Assembly: GCA_016713405.1 (NCBI GenBank)
Contig: JADJPF010000020.1
Span: 616,862-680,861 of the forward strand
Direction: 5' to 3'
Source of the DNA: Blastocatellia bacterium
GTDB taxonomy: Bacteria > Acidobacteriota > Blastocatellia > Chloracidobacteriales > JADJPF01
Length of the DNA stretch: 64,000 nt
Shown: positions 19,019 to 28,317 of the stretch, one piece after another
Layout: every line of letters begins with the position of its first letter
Position numbering within the stretch: position 1 is the stretch's first letter
Notes under the pieces: generated by a model
Databases searched by the model: none
Told to the model about the DNA's origin: nothing
Seen by the model: only the letters and a program-made list of their open reading frames with translations
Program-made: the position numbers and the translations under genes

Positions 19019-20413
19019 TTAAGCCTTTGTTATTTGTTTTTTGATTACTGCTGGAACACCTACAGCTAAAGAGTTTGCTGGAATATCTTTTGTAACAACA
19101 GTTCCGGCACCTGTTATTGAACCTTCGCCAACTGTGACAGGGGCAACTAGCATTGTATCGCTGCCAATCTTAACATTATCAGCAATGATTGTAGAATGCT
19201 TATTTTTCCCATCATAATTACAAGTAATCGTTCCTGCACCAATATTTACTTGGTTGCCAATGGTTGCATCTCCTAAATAAGCTAGGTGCATAGCTTTAGT
19301 TTTACAGCCTAAAGTTGATTTTTTTACTTCAACAAAATTTCCTACAGTTGCATTAGCTTCTAATCTTGCTCCCATACGTAGATGTGCAAATGGGCCAACC
19401 ATAGTGTCATCAGCTAAAAAGCTATCTACAACTAAACAGTAATCCTTAACCGTAACTCCATTAGCTAGTTGAGCGTTAACTAAATGAACTCCCGGGTAAA
19501 GTGTGCAATTTTCTCCTACAGTTGTATAACCTTCAATAACTACATTTGGGTAAATTACGCTATCCATTCCAATTGTAACTTGTGGGTCAATAAAAGTGCT
19601 ATCAGGGTCAATAATTGTGACACCTGAAAGCATTAGGTTAGTTAATTTGCTTTTACGCAGGCGTTTTTCGGCTTCGGCAAGTTCTAAACGGTTATTAATT
19701 CCTAACACTTCATTGGCTACAGGGTATTGATAAATAGCTACTTTATTACCTTGTTTTTTTAGAACAGATAAAACATCTGTTAAATAATATTCACCTTGGG
19801 AATTGTTAGGGGAAATTCGCTCTAAAGCATTAAAAAGGGCATTAGATTCAAAACAATAAATTCCTGCATTAATTTCATTAATTGCTAGCTCTGTTGGGCT
19901 AGCATCTCGATGCTCAACAATATAGCTAAAATCTTCACCAGTGCGAACTATACGACCATAACCAGTTGGATCTGCAATAGTTGTAGTTAAAACAGTAGCT
20001 TTAGCATTATTTGATTTATGGACTTCAAAAAGATTTTTTAAGGTTTGAGCAGAAATTAAAGGAACATCGCCAGATAAAACTAAAATAGGTGTATTGTCGT
20101 TTGCAAGCTGTTCTTTAGCCATCATTACCATATGACCTGTGCCGCGTTGCTCAAGTTGTAAAACATGCTCTGGAGCAACAAGATTAGAGTCTGATAATTT
20201 TGTAAGTTGTTGATGACAAGTTTTTAAGTTTCGGGCTACATCGTCAGCTTGATGACCAATAATCATTAGGATTCTTTTTGGTGAAAGTGAAAGGGCTGTT
20301 TGGTAGACATGATTTATCAAAGGTTGACCAACTAAATTATGTAAAACCTTAGCTTTACGTGATTTCATTCTTGTACCTAAACCAGCAGCCATTACTAAAA
20401 TATTTAAGTCCAT
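19019..20413 (-). CDS. glmU: bifunctional UDP-N-acetylglucosamine pyrophosphorylase / glucosamine-1-phosphate N-acetyltransferase GlmU
   Basis: N-terminal LVMAAGLGTRMKS nucleotidyltransferase motif and C-terminal hexapeptide-repeat beta-helix. Confidence 0.9.
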   Translation of the reverse strand: MDLNILVMAAGLGTRMKSRKAKVLHNLVGQPLINHVYQTALSLSPKRILMIIGHQADDVARNLKTCHQQLTKLSDSNLVAPEHVLQLEQRGTGHMVMMAKEQLANDNTPILVLSGDVPLISAQTLKNLFEVHKSNNAKATVLTTTIADPTGYGRIVRTGEDFSYIVEHRDASPTELAINEINAGIYCFESNALFNALERISPNNSQGEYYLTDVLSVLKKQGNKVAIYQYPVANEVLGINNRLELAEAEKRLRKSKLTNLMLSGVTIIDPDSTFIDPQVTIGMDSVIYPNVVIEGYTTVGENCTLYPGVHLVNAQLANGVTVKDYCLVVDSFLADDTMVGPFAHLRMGARLEANATVGNFVEVKKSTLGCKTKAMHLAYLGDATIGNQVNIGAGTITCNYDGKNKHSTIIADNVKIGSDTMLVAPVTVGEGSITGAGTVVTKDIPANSLAVGVPAVIKKQITKA

Positions 20414-20496
20414 AAATATATCCTACAAAAAAGAAGTTTTAAGAAAGCCAAGATTTTAACTACTTAAAAGCAAAAAGTTAATAGACTTATGCAAAT

Positions 20497-20536
20497 ACAA
20501 AAAAATAAGGCAGCCATTTAAGCTGCCTTATTTTTT
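20497..20536 (-). terminator. intrinsic terminator downstream of the ABC permease gene
   Basis: 10-bp stem ataaggcagc/gctgccttat with a 7-nt loop, an A-run on one side and a T-run on the other. It lies directly after the stop at 20557. Confidence 0.6.
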
Positions 20537-20556
20537 GGATTATTTGTTAAAAGTTA

Positions 20557-22515
20557 TTAGTTAGTAAAGCCAAAGCTATTCATCACTTCTGAGCTATCTT
20601 TTGTAAAGTCCATTTTTACTAACCCTTGCTTATTTAAGAAATATCTTTCAGAAGTACTTGATATGGTAGGGATATTTCTTTTTAGTCCCCAAGTCCAGTC
20701 TTGAATTTGTTGGAGTTTTTGTTGTTTGCTAACAGTTAATAAACCAGTGTTGATGTCTAGGATTGCAAGTTGTTGTTCAGGAGCAACATTGTAATCTTTT
20801 ACTAAAGTTACTAGTATTTGGCTATTATTAATATAATCCATAATGTAAACATCAGCAAAATTCCCTGTTTCAATGGTTTTTTCTACTTGTCCTTCAGAAG
20901 ATAAAATTTGCATAGTAGATTTTTTAGCATTTCTATCTACTTGTGCTAAAGCTATTTTGTCATTAGCAATAAAACGGACACGTTGATTTAACTCTTTATT
21001 TGGAGTGTAGATATTAGCTATAAGTTCACCTGTTTTAGCATTATAGAGTCCTGTAAGTTCATCGTTGCTTAGAATCATTTTTTCATTGTTGGATGACAAC
21101 ATAATTTGGTGAAATCTAAATGCTGTTGCTTTGCCAACTTCAACTAATTTTTTGTCACTAACATTTAGTTCAAATATTGCTAAATCATAGCTATCTTTGT
21201 TTCTTTTAGTATCATCAACTATATAAAAGCGTGCTAACTCAGGAGTTAAAAACACACCACCTTTATAAACCTTGTTTGTTAAAGGAATATGAACAGTTGC
21301 TAATTCTTTATCTGTGTTTAAGTCAAATATAGTAATCATATTATCTCTAACAAAAGCAAGACGTGAACCATCATCAGAAAGCTCTATTTGACCAAAAGAG
21401 GACACATTAATATCAGTGTAAACAGGTTTAATTTTGTCTGTGCTTAAATCTGCTTTAACTATTGAAAATTTGTCATAAAGTAAACCATAAACTCCAGCTT
21501 TGCTTTCTAACCAAACAGCCTTGTTACCATCAGCAGAAAATACTATTCCATAGAAGGAAGCACTAAAATTATCAAGTTGATGATAGTTACCACTTTTTAC
21601 ATTAAGTAAATAGCCGGATGTATAGTTGCCGCGTCCCCAACCTGCGCCCTGGAAAGTTACCCAACTACCTTTTGAATTAGTTTCAGCATAATTTACATTA
21701 GTTAAATCATCTGGAGCAGCAGAAACTATCCATTGAGAAACACCATAACCACCTACTATTAGAGTCATTATCATGCTCCAAAAAGAGATAGATAAAAATT
21801 TGTGTATACTTTTAATGTTAGAACGACCAAAAGAGAGAGCAAAACCATTAACAACTAGTAGCAGTAAGCCTAAGCCAAAAGGTAAAGCAGTTGCTAAAGT
21901 TTCGCTATAGTTGGTAGATACATAACCAGGGTTAAAATAGGCGACGAAGATAACAAAAAAGGAAAATGCTCCTAAAACTAGTGCAACAGGAGTAAGTGCT
22001 AAATCAGTTATTAACCAAAGAGATTTAGAACGAAAAATAATGCCTGCTGTTACGCCTAAACCTAGGCAAAGAACGGTTAGCGTACTATATATTTCTATTG
22101 CCTCGGGTGCAAAGAACTGATGGGATTGTGAACTAAAAAATAATAAGCTTGGTAGTGTTGTAAGCATTAGTGAGAGAACAACTATAGATAATGCACCTAG
22201 CACTTTTCCTATATAAAGGGTTGTAGCCGATAAGGGACGGGAAAAATAAAAACTCATTTGTCGGTTTGCTAGTTCTCTACCTAAAATAGATTCTCCTAAT
22301 AGTAAAGAGAAGGCAAAAACAACACAAATTGTTATAGCAAAAGTACCAATTCCAACATCATTACCAGTAAAAGGTGCGCCAAATTTATTAAACACTGGGA
22401 ATAGTGCGGGGAAAAGACCTATTACAAATGCTGCACCAAATAATGTGATTCTAGATTTTACTTCTCTTAAGGCGACGGTAAATAAACTTTTTAATTCTCT
22501 TTTAATTTCTCTCAT
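20557..22515 (-). CDS. ABC-2-type multi-TM permease fused to a C-terminal beta-propeller-like (TolB/PD40-like) domain
   Basis: About 260 N-terminal residues with multiple hydrophobic helices, then about 390 residues of repeated blade-like segments (..DGNKAVWLE.., ..DDGSRLAFV.., ..SNNEKMILS..). A 2-nt gap separates it from the upstream ABC ATPase gene. Confidence 0.6.
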   Translation of the reverse strand: MREIKRELKSLFTVALREVKSRITLFGAAFVIGLFPALFPVFNKFGAPFTGNDVGIGTFAITICVVFAFSLLLGESILGRELANRQMSFYFSRPLSATTLYIGKVLGALSIVVLSLMLTTLPSLLFFSSQSHQFFAPEAIEIYSTLTVLCLGLGVTAGIIFRSKSLWLITDLALTPVALVLGAFSFFVIFVAYFNPGYVSTNYSETLATALPFGLGLLLLVVNGFALSFGRSNIKSIHKFLSISFWSMIMTLIVGGYGVSQWIVSAAPDDLTNVNYAETNSKGSWVTFQGAGWGRGNYTSGYLLNVKSGNYHQLDNFSASFYGIVFSADGNKAVWLESKAGVYGLLYDKFSIVKADLSTDKIKPVYTDINVSSFGQIELSDDGSRLAFVRDNMITIFDLNTDKELATVHIPLTNKVYKGGVFLTPELARFYIVDDTKRNKDSYDLAIFELNVSDKKLVEVGKATAFRFHQIMLSSNNEKMILSNDELTGLYNAKTGELIANIYTPNKELNQRVRFIANDKIALAQVDRNAKKSTMQILSSEGQVEKTIETGNFADVYIMDYINNSQILVTLVKDYNVAPEQQLAILDINTGLLTVSKQQKLQQIQDWTWGLKRNIPTISSTSERYFLNKQGLVKMDFTKDSSEVMNSFGFTN

Positions 22516-22517
22516 AG

Positions 22518-23447
22518 CTATTCTCCTTTTTCTCCTACCATAACAGTAAAAATATCTTCTAATGACGTTGCAGAAACTTCTGCATCAGTTATTCCACCTA
22601 AATTTCTAAATTTATTAAATGAATATTCGTCATAGTTTGAAACAACAGCCTCTACTCCCCAACCCGACACCTTAACTTGAACTGTTGTAAGTCCATCCCA
22701 AGCCGCATCTCGGCTAGTTATTTCCATACCTCGGTTAGGGCAGCGGATACGACGAAATTTTGCTTTTAATGTTTCAATTTCTTCATTTGCTACTAATTTA
22801 TTGTCCTTAATAATTCCTACTCGATCAGCGATTCTTTCAATACCAGCTAAATCATGCGAAGTAATAATTACGGTCATACCGCGATCAGCTAATTCACCAA
22901 CTAATTCTTCAAAAAAATTTTTTCGTGCTACCACATCTAAGCCAAGTGTTGGGTCGTCAAGCACTAAAATTTCTGGGCAAGAACCAAGTGCAAGTGCAAG
23001 TGCAACTTGACCTTTTTGGCCTTTAGATAAATTGCCAAAAGCTACATTTAAGGGGACTTGAAAACGTGCTAGACGTTGGTTAACTCCAACAGCATCCCAT
23101 TTTGGATAAAGATCTGAACAAAAATTTACTAATTGTTTAGCTGTCATATCAGCAGGGGCATCTGGTTCTTCTGGAATTACTCCAACTTTTTCCATTAGTC
23201 TAGAACGGTTTTTCCAGACATCTTGACCAAACATTGTTACTCTACCTGTTGTGGGCTTTTGTTGTCCTAAAAGACAACGTACAGTAGAAGATTTTCCTGT
23301 ACCATTGCGCCCAAGTAGAGCATAAACTGAACCTGAAGGAACTTGAAAAGAAACATTTTCTAAAACGCTTTTTTTACCATAGCGGATGGTTAAAGCTTCA
23401 AAACCTATTGTTGCACCATCTGACAAACTTTCCATAAAACCTCCCAT
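22518..23447 (-). CDS. ABC transporter ATP-binding protein (ABC-2/YtrB-like)
   Basis: Walker A GRNGTGKSST, signature LSKGQKGQVALALAL, Walker B ILVLDDPT. Alternative start ATG 23435 has GGGAGG 4 nt upstream. Confidence 0.85.
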   Translation of the reverse strand: MGGFMESLSDGATIGFEALTIRYGKKSVLENVSFQVPSGSVYALLGRNGTGKSSTVRCLLGQQKPTTGRVTMFGQDVWKNRSRLMEKVGVIPEEPDAPADMTAKQLVNFCSDLYPKWDAVGVNQRLARFQVPLNVAFGNLSKGQKGQVALALALGSCPEILVLDDPTLGLDVVARKNFFEELVGELADRGMTVIITSHDLAGIERIADRVGIIKDNKLVANEEIETLKAKFRRIRCPNRGMEITSRDAAWDGLTTVQVKVSGWGVEAVVSNYDEYSFNKFRNLGGITDAEVSATSLEDIFTVMVGEKGE

Positions 23448-23449
23448 TC

Positions 23450-23881
23450 CTACCTTTGCCCTAACCTTGTTAATTTTACGGCTACTTTTAATCTACCTTG
23501 TTGTAGTTTTATATTGTGAAATGCCATTTTTAATTGCTGAATGGCTACTTCTTTTTCTATTCCTAATTCACTGGCAGCATAGGCATATCTTAAAGCTTCT
23601 TGATGTAATAAATCTTTTTGTTCATCTACTGTTAAATAATTAGCTACTATGATACCTTCCCAACGCTTATTTACTAAAAGCCCTGTATCTATTAAACGTT
23701 GATAAGCCTTTGCTACAATGGTTGGATTGATTTTTAATTCTTGAGCTAGCTCACGTACAGAAATAATTAAGCTTCCAGGGGCTAGAATTCCACTTGTAAT
23801 TAACTTTCTTACGCCTTCTTCAACTTGTTGCCATAAGGGTTTTTCATTACTTGGATCTACTTTTAATCTAAAACTGACCAT
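23450..23881 (-). CDS. GntR-family (YtrA-subfamily) transcriptional regulator, second copy
   Basis: Winged HTH PGSLIISVRELAQELKINPTIVAKAYQRLIDTGLL, followed by a short C-terminal helical domain. Confidence 0.8.
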   Translation of the reverse strand: MVSFRLKVDPSNEKPLWQQVEEGVRKLITSGILAPGSLIISVRELAQELKINPTIVAKAYQRLIDTGLLVNKRWEGIIVANYLTVDEQKDLLHQEALRYAYAASELGIEKEVAIQQLKMAFHNIKLQQGRLKVAVKLTRLGQR

Positions 23882-23900
23882 AAGTAACTACTCCTAATCC

Positions 23901-24308
23901 TTAAAATTCTGTTTCAAGTTCACTGCTACTAATTTGTTCAATAGCTTCTTTTAACTCTAAAATAGCTTCTTCAGAACTAGCTCCAATAGTAATAGCTGTA
24001 GTTGCATAGCGAATAGCACCTTCTCTTAAGAGTTGCTTACGTTCAACAATTCCCATTACTGGGCGACTTTCAGCAACAAAAGTTCCTTCACCACGCTTGA
24101 CCATTAAAACTCCAGCGTCTACTAGACGTTGATAAGCTTTTGCTACTGTTGCTGGATTAACTCTTAACTCTTTGGCTAAATCTCTGACAGAAGGAACAGC
24201 TTCTCCTGGCACTAAAGCACCAGAAGCAACCAAACGTCGCAACCCTTCTTCTATTTGCCGCCAAATTGGAGCAGCATCACTAGGATCTATATGCAACGCT
24301 CGACTCAT
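23901..24308 (-). CDS. GntR-family (YtrA-subfamily) transcriptional regulator, first copy
   Basis: PGEAVPSVRDLAKELRVNPATVAKAYQRLVDAGVL. AAGGAGG precedes ATG 24308. Confidence 0.8.
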   Translation of the reverse strand: MSRALHIDPSDAAPIWRQIEEGLRRLVASGALVPGEAVPSVRDLAKELRVNPATVAKAYQRLVDAGVLMVKRGEGTFVAESRPVMGIVERKQLLREGAIRYATTAITIGASSEEAILELKEAIEQISSSELETEF

Positions 24309-24348
24309 CTGTCCTCCTTAAAATTTAACTAATACGCTTTAGTTTTAC

Positions 24349-24410
24349 TGTATTACTGTGTCACTGTATTAGTGTATTAGAAGTCTAATACACTAATACA
24401 GTGAAGTCAA
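24349..24410 (-). promoter_or_regulatory. sigma70-type promoter overlapped by a heptamer-based operator
   Basis: On the minus strand: -35 TTGACT (24405-24410), 17-nt spacer, -10 TAGACT (24382-24387). Perfect 20-bp inverted repeat 24361-24380 / 24385-24404. Five TGTATTA heptamers start at 24349, 24365 and 24373 (direct) and 24386 and 24394 (inverted). Confidence 0.55.
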
Positions 24411-24714
24411 TAATAATTTTGCAAAAATTTTTAATTTTTAGCTTAAGATAATAAAAAATTAGAAAAAACTATAAAAATAGTAAAAAATAATAAAGATAAT
24501 AAGAATAAAAGCCTAGGAATTTTGCTAAATACAAATTAACATCCATAAATAGCTTGTTAGTTAGGAGGTCTATACATAAAATAAGAAATTTAGCTAAGGT
24601 TGGTTTGTTAATTAGCAATTTTTTAGCAATTTTTAATAAATATAGAAATAGGAATAAAATTAAAACTTATAGCTTTAACATATAATTGAAGCTTTTATAA
24701 AAATAGTATTGATG

Positions 24715-25011
24715 ATTAGTACACTGTAAACAAAGTTTTCTGAAATTTTATCTCTTAAAGCCCCAACGGGGCGGCATATTTGTAGCGCAGGGGTTCAACC
24801 CTACGTATGATAGTGTAATATTTATAGAGTCACGTAGTGACGACATAATTAAAATATTGTGTTAATTAGGTTTATTATGTTGTCGCTACGCGACTCTAGT
24901 TATGTATAATCACTAAGCTTATGTCTTACGACCTAGGCTACAATTATTTCGTCCCTTCAGGACTCAAGAAATTCAAAAAATATTAACTTACTTAGTTTAC
25001 GCTGTAATTAG
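24715..25011. mobile_element. MITE-like foldback element (alternatively a structured ncRNA)
   Basis: Terminal inverted repeats tacactgtaaac (24720-24731) and gtttacgctgta (24995-25006) are 10/12 complementary. An identical 5-bp attag flanks both ends (24715-24719, 25007-25011). The two halves are inverted copies of each other. The apical stem 24826-24849 / 24874-24897 is 21/24 Watson-Crick, and the 3 exceptions are all transitions. Confidence 0.4.
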
Positions 25012-25063
25012 CTAATTTTTAATAAAAATCTTGCTGTAGTCTTAGGACAAAACTTTTAACTAT

Positions 25064-28000
25064 ATGAGTTCACAACAAATTAAATCCTTTGTTTCTTTAC
25101 ATCAATTTAATCAAATAACCCAGTTTGAGCTAGTAAGCGATGAGCAAAATGCCAAAGCTTATCAATTTACAGAAGATTTGCAAGAACTAGCTATAAGAAT
25201 ATTAGTTAATGCTGCTGCTGGTATTGGCACACAAGCTATTGTAGCTGAGCGTGGTATGGGTAAAAGTCATTTGCTTAATTTAGTACGTAGTTTAGCTAAT
25301 CGCCCAAGATTTGTTAATTTATTACAAGATCAAAACGTAGTCAGTGCTTTTGAGAAACTAGCTTTACCTAAATTACCATCAGATGGATTTCCTACTTTAA
25401 TTTTAGGGTTTGATTTAGAAAAAGGGTTAAATCTAGTAAAAGCTTATCCTATCATTCCTGGAACAGAAAATCTTTCTCCAGAAAATTTAATTACTCAAGT
25501 AGATGATATTATTGATCAAAAAATACGCACAGGAGTACAAATAGCTTTATTTATTGATGGTATTTCTCAATTTCTTATTGATCCACAACAAGGTGGGCCA
25601 CTACTTGAATGGCTCCAAGAATTAGCAAAAGAGGCTGTTAATGGCAAATTTAGTTTGGTAATTACCTTGGATCAAAATGTTGCTGAAGGATCACTAAAAA
25701 AAGTACTCTCTACTATATTTAAGTATGAATACATCAATACTAATAGTATTGTTAATATTATTGATAAAAAGATCTTTGTTAAAACACAATCCCAACGCTT
25801 ACAAGTAGAAAGTCTTTATTCTGATTTACGCCGTAGAATACCTTATTTTTCTTCTTCACAATCTCAATTTGCACAACTTTATCCCTTACATCCTTTAGTT
25901 GTAAAGCTAGCACCAGCAGTAAGACGCTATGCACGTTCATTTTCATTATTTGGATTTATTACAGCCGTTTCTTCTCGCGCATTGCTTAGACGAGCATTTA
26001 ATTTAATTTGCTTAGATGAAGTGTTTGATAGTTTTGAGTTTGATTTACGTAAACATCCAAGTTTAGCTGAGACTTTTGTTCTTTATGATTATCTGTTTAA
26101 TAAATACATTCCTTCCTTACCACAACCACAACCGCTTTATGCCAAAATGATGTTAAAAGCTTTGTTAATATTTTCATTAGCAGGCCAATCTGTAGCAGCA
26201 AAAAGCTTAGCTGATTCTGTAATGCTTTATGATGAGCGAGATCCATTATCTTTTATTGAAATGCTTAATTCCATTATGGCGCGACTTGCTGCTACAAGTA
26301 GCGGAATTGTTGTTAGTGCAGAGGGGCCAGAACTAAGCTATAAATTTAATATTGCAGAAACCAACCCCTTATCTTTACTTGCTAATAAACCTGATATAGA
26401 TATTAGAACTATTACTAAAACTATTGCTAGAGATAAGCCCAAACGACAAGTCTCTAGCCAAAACTTTAAACCTATAGAAGTTAAAGGTGAACCTAGTTTA
26501 TTGCCCCAATCCCCTATTAAAACAGATAGTCTTGTTGCTGCTAGTTCTAATGCTTCCGATATTTTACTAGATTTAGCTGATGCAATACCTGATGATGAGA
26601 TTAAGCTAGATTACCTGCTTGTATCTACAGGAAAGAAGTTTTTTAAGGATTGGCCTTTTGTCTTAGAACAGGATAAACTCCGCGATAGAATAGAACTTAA
26701 CGTAAAATGGCGAGGTTCATTAAGAAAAGGTATATTAGCCTTTGGTGGAAGTATTGAGTTATTTAATGATACAGATGAGCATCAAGCTGTTTGTGAGTAT
26801 GATTGGCAAATAATTATGCTACGTGCTTATGCTCCAATGGCACTACCTCCACCAATAGAATTACCTAATACTTTGCTGTATTGGCAACCAATAGCAGTTA
26901 GTAGTATAGAACGTTTGTTATTAAAACAGTTATTAGTTATCAATGAAGGTAAATCACCTTTAAGCAAAGAAGAAACTTTACAGCTTAAAACTCATTTGGA
27001 AGAAGAAATAGGAAATATTTTTCAGCATGTTTATTTGACTAAAGGACGCTTAATTAATAATCAACAAACAGACTTACATTTAACTGCTAGTAATTCTTTT
27101 TTAATACTAATTTAACTAAACTCTTAGAACCTCTTTTAAGCAAACGTTTTTCTAAACATCCTGAATTTGAAGATTTATTAACTTTAGAAACAGTTTATGA
27201 GCTACTTCCTGGGTTATTTCAACCAACTAGTACACCTAGCCCAGATCAACAAGTTTCATTAGAACAATTTGCACGTCCTTTACACTTAATTTTTAATGAA
27301 GGAAATACTTATAAAATATCTGATTTATTAAATAATGTTGTAAAAGGTTCTGTAGTTGATTATTTTCATCAAGCACTTGAGCAAAATCAAGTCATAACTA
27401 AATTACAAGCTTTTAAGTTAGTTCATAAAGAGCCTTTTGGACTTCAACGACCAGCTTTGCTGTTGATTCTTGCTATTTTAGCTGCTAGTGGTCAAATAGT
27501 CTTATTAGATGAGGTTGACTTACCTATTCATGATAGTAATGGTCTTCGTACCGATATAGACCTTTCAGATTTTAGTTCTATACGCCTTTTACAAGGAAAT
27601 ATTAAACAAGTTAGCTGGAAAGATGTTAATACAAAACCAGTAGATGAGATTACTGAGTACCAAAACTCTAATATATTAGTAGTCGATGATGATCCTACCA
27701 TCCATATGATCTTAAAGATTGCTGCACAAAAGCTTAAATGCCATATAGAAACAGCACTAGATGGGGTAAATGCTTTAGAAAAATTAGAAAAACTTCCTAT
27801 ACATTTACTAATATCTGATTTACGTATGCCCAATATGACAGGTATAGAATTATTTCAAAGTTTGCAAAATAATCCTAAATTAGCAGATATTCCTTTTGTT
27901 GTACTATCTTCTATTGATGATGATGAAGAAGTTGCAGCAGCTTTAGAACAAGGTGTAGAAGATTATTGGATTAAACCCTTAAGAGTAAATGAAATCCAAG

Positions 28001-28311
28001 CTCGTATCAAACGCTTACTTACACGTCAAAATAAAAAAACAACCAAAGCTAAAGACTCAAAACCACCTGCTCTAAATATACCAACATTGCCTAATAAAGA
28101 TGTAGTTGTCAAAGGATTAGCTGCCCCACCAACTTTGCCAACTTCAATAACTCCAGCAATTACACCACCACCAATAATAACTTCATCCACTACACCACCT
28201 CAACAAACAAGTAAAACACTTGATGAGCAAACAGCACAAAACTTGTTGCACTATTTCAAGAAGAAGCTAATAAGGAAATTACTATTCTTCCAGGAAAAAT
28301 GGATCTTATAA
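25064..28311 (+). pseudogene. P-loop NTPase with large helical region and C-terminal response-regulator receiver domain, frameshifted
   Basis: ORF 25064-27115 carries Walker A AERGMGKSHLL (about 25247-25273), Walker B-like IALFIDG, and LYPLHPLVV. It continues in frame 1 (..SNSF|FNTNLTKLLEPLLSKRF..) if the T6 run 27097-27102 gains one T. The receiver domain spans about 27673-28020 (VVDDD, ISDLRMP, VLSS, IKP), followed by a Pro/Thr-rich tail. Confidence 0.7.
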
Positions 28312-28317
28312 AAAGAA

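Noticed and set aside
24759-24965. The GC-richer structured core of the foldback element as a known RNA (tmRNA, 6S, SRP, RNase P, riboswitch) or a retron msr-msd.
   Set aside because: None of the conserved sequence signatures I know for these RNAs are present. The GGGGTTCAACCC hairpin has a loop too short for a T-arm. There is no reverse transcriptase gene nearby for a retron.
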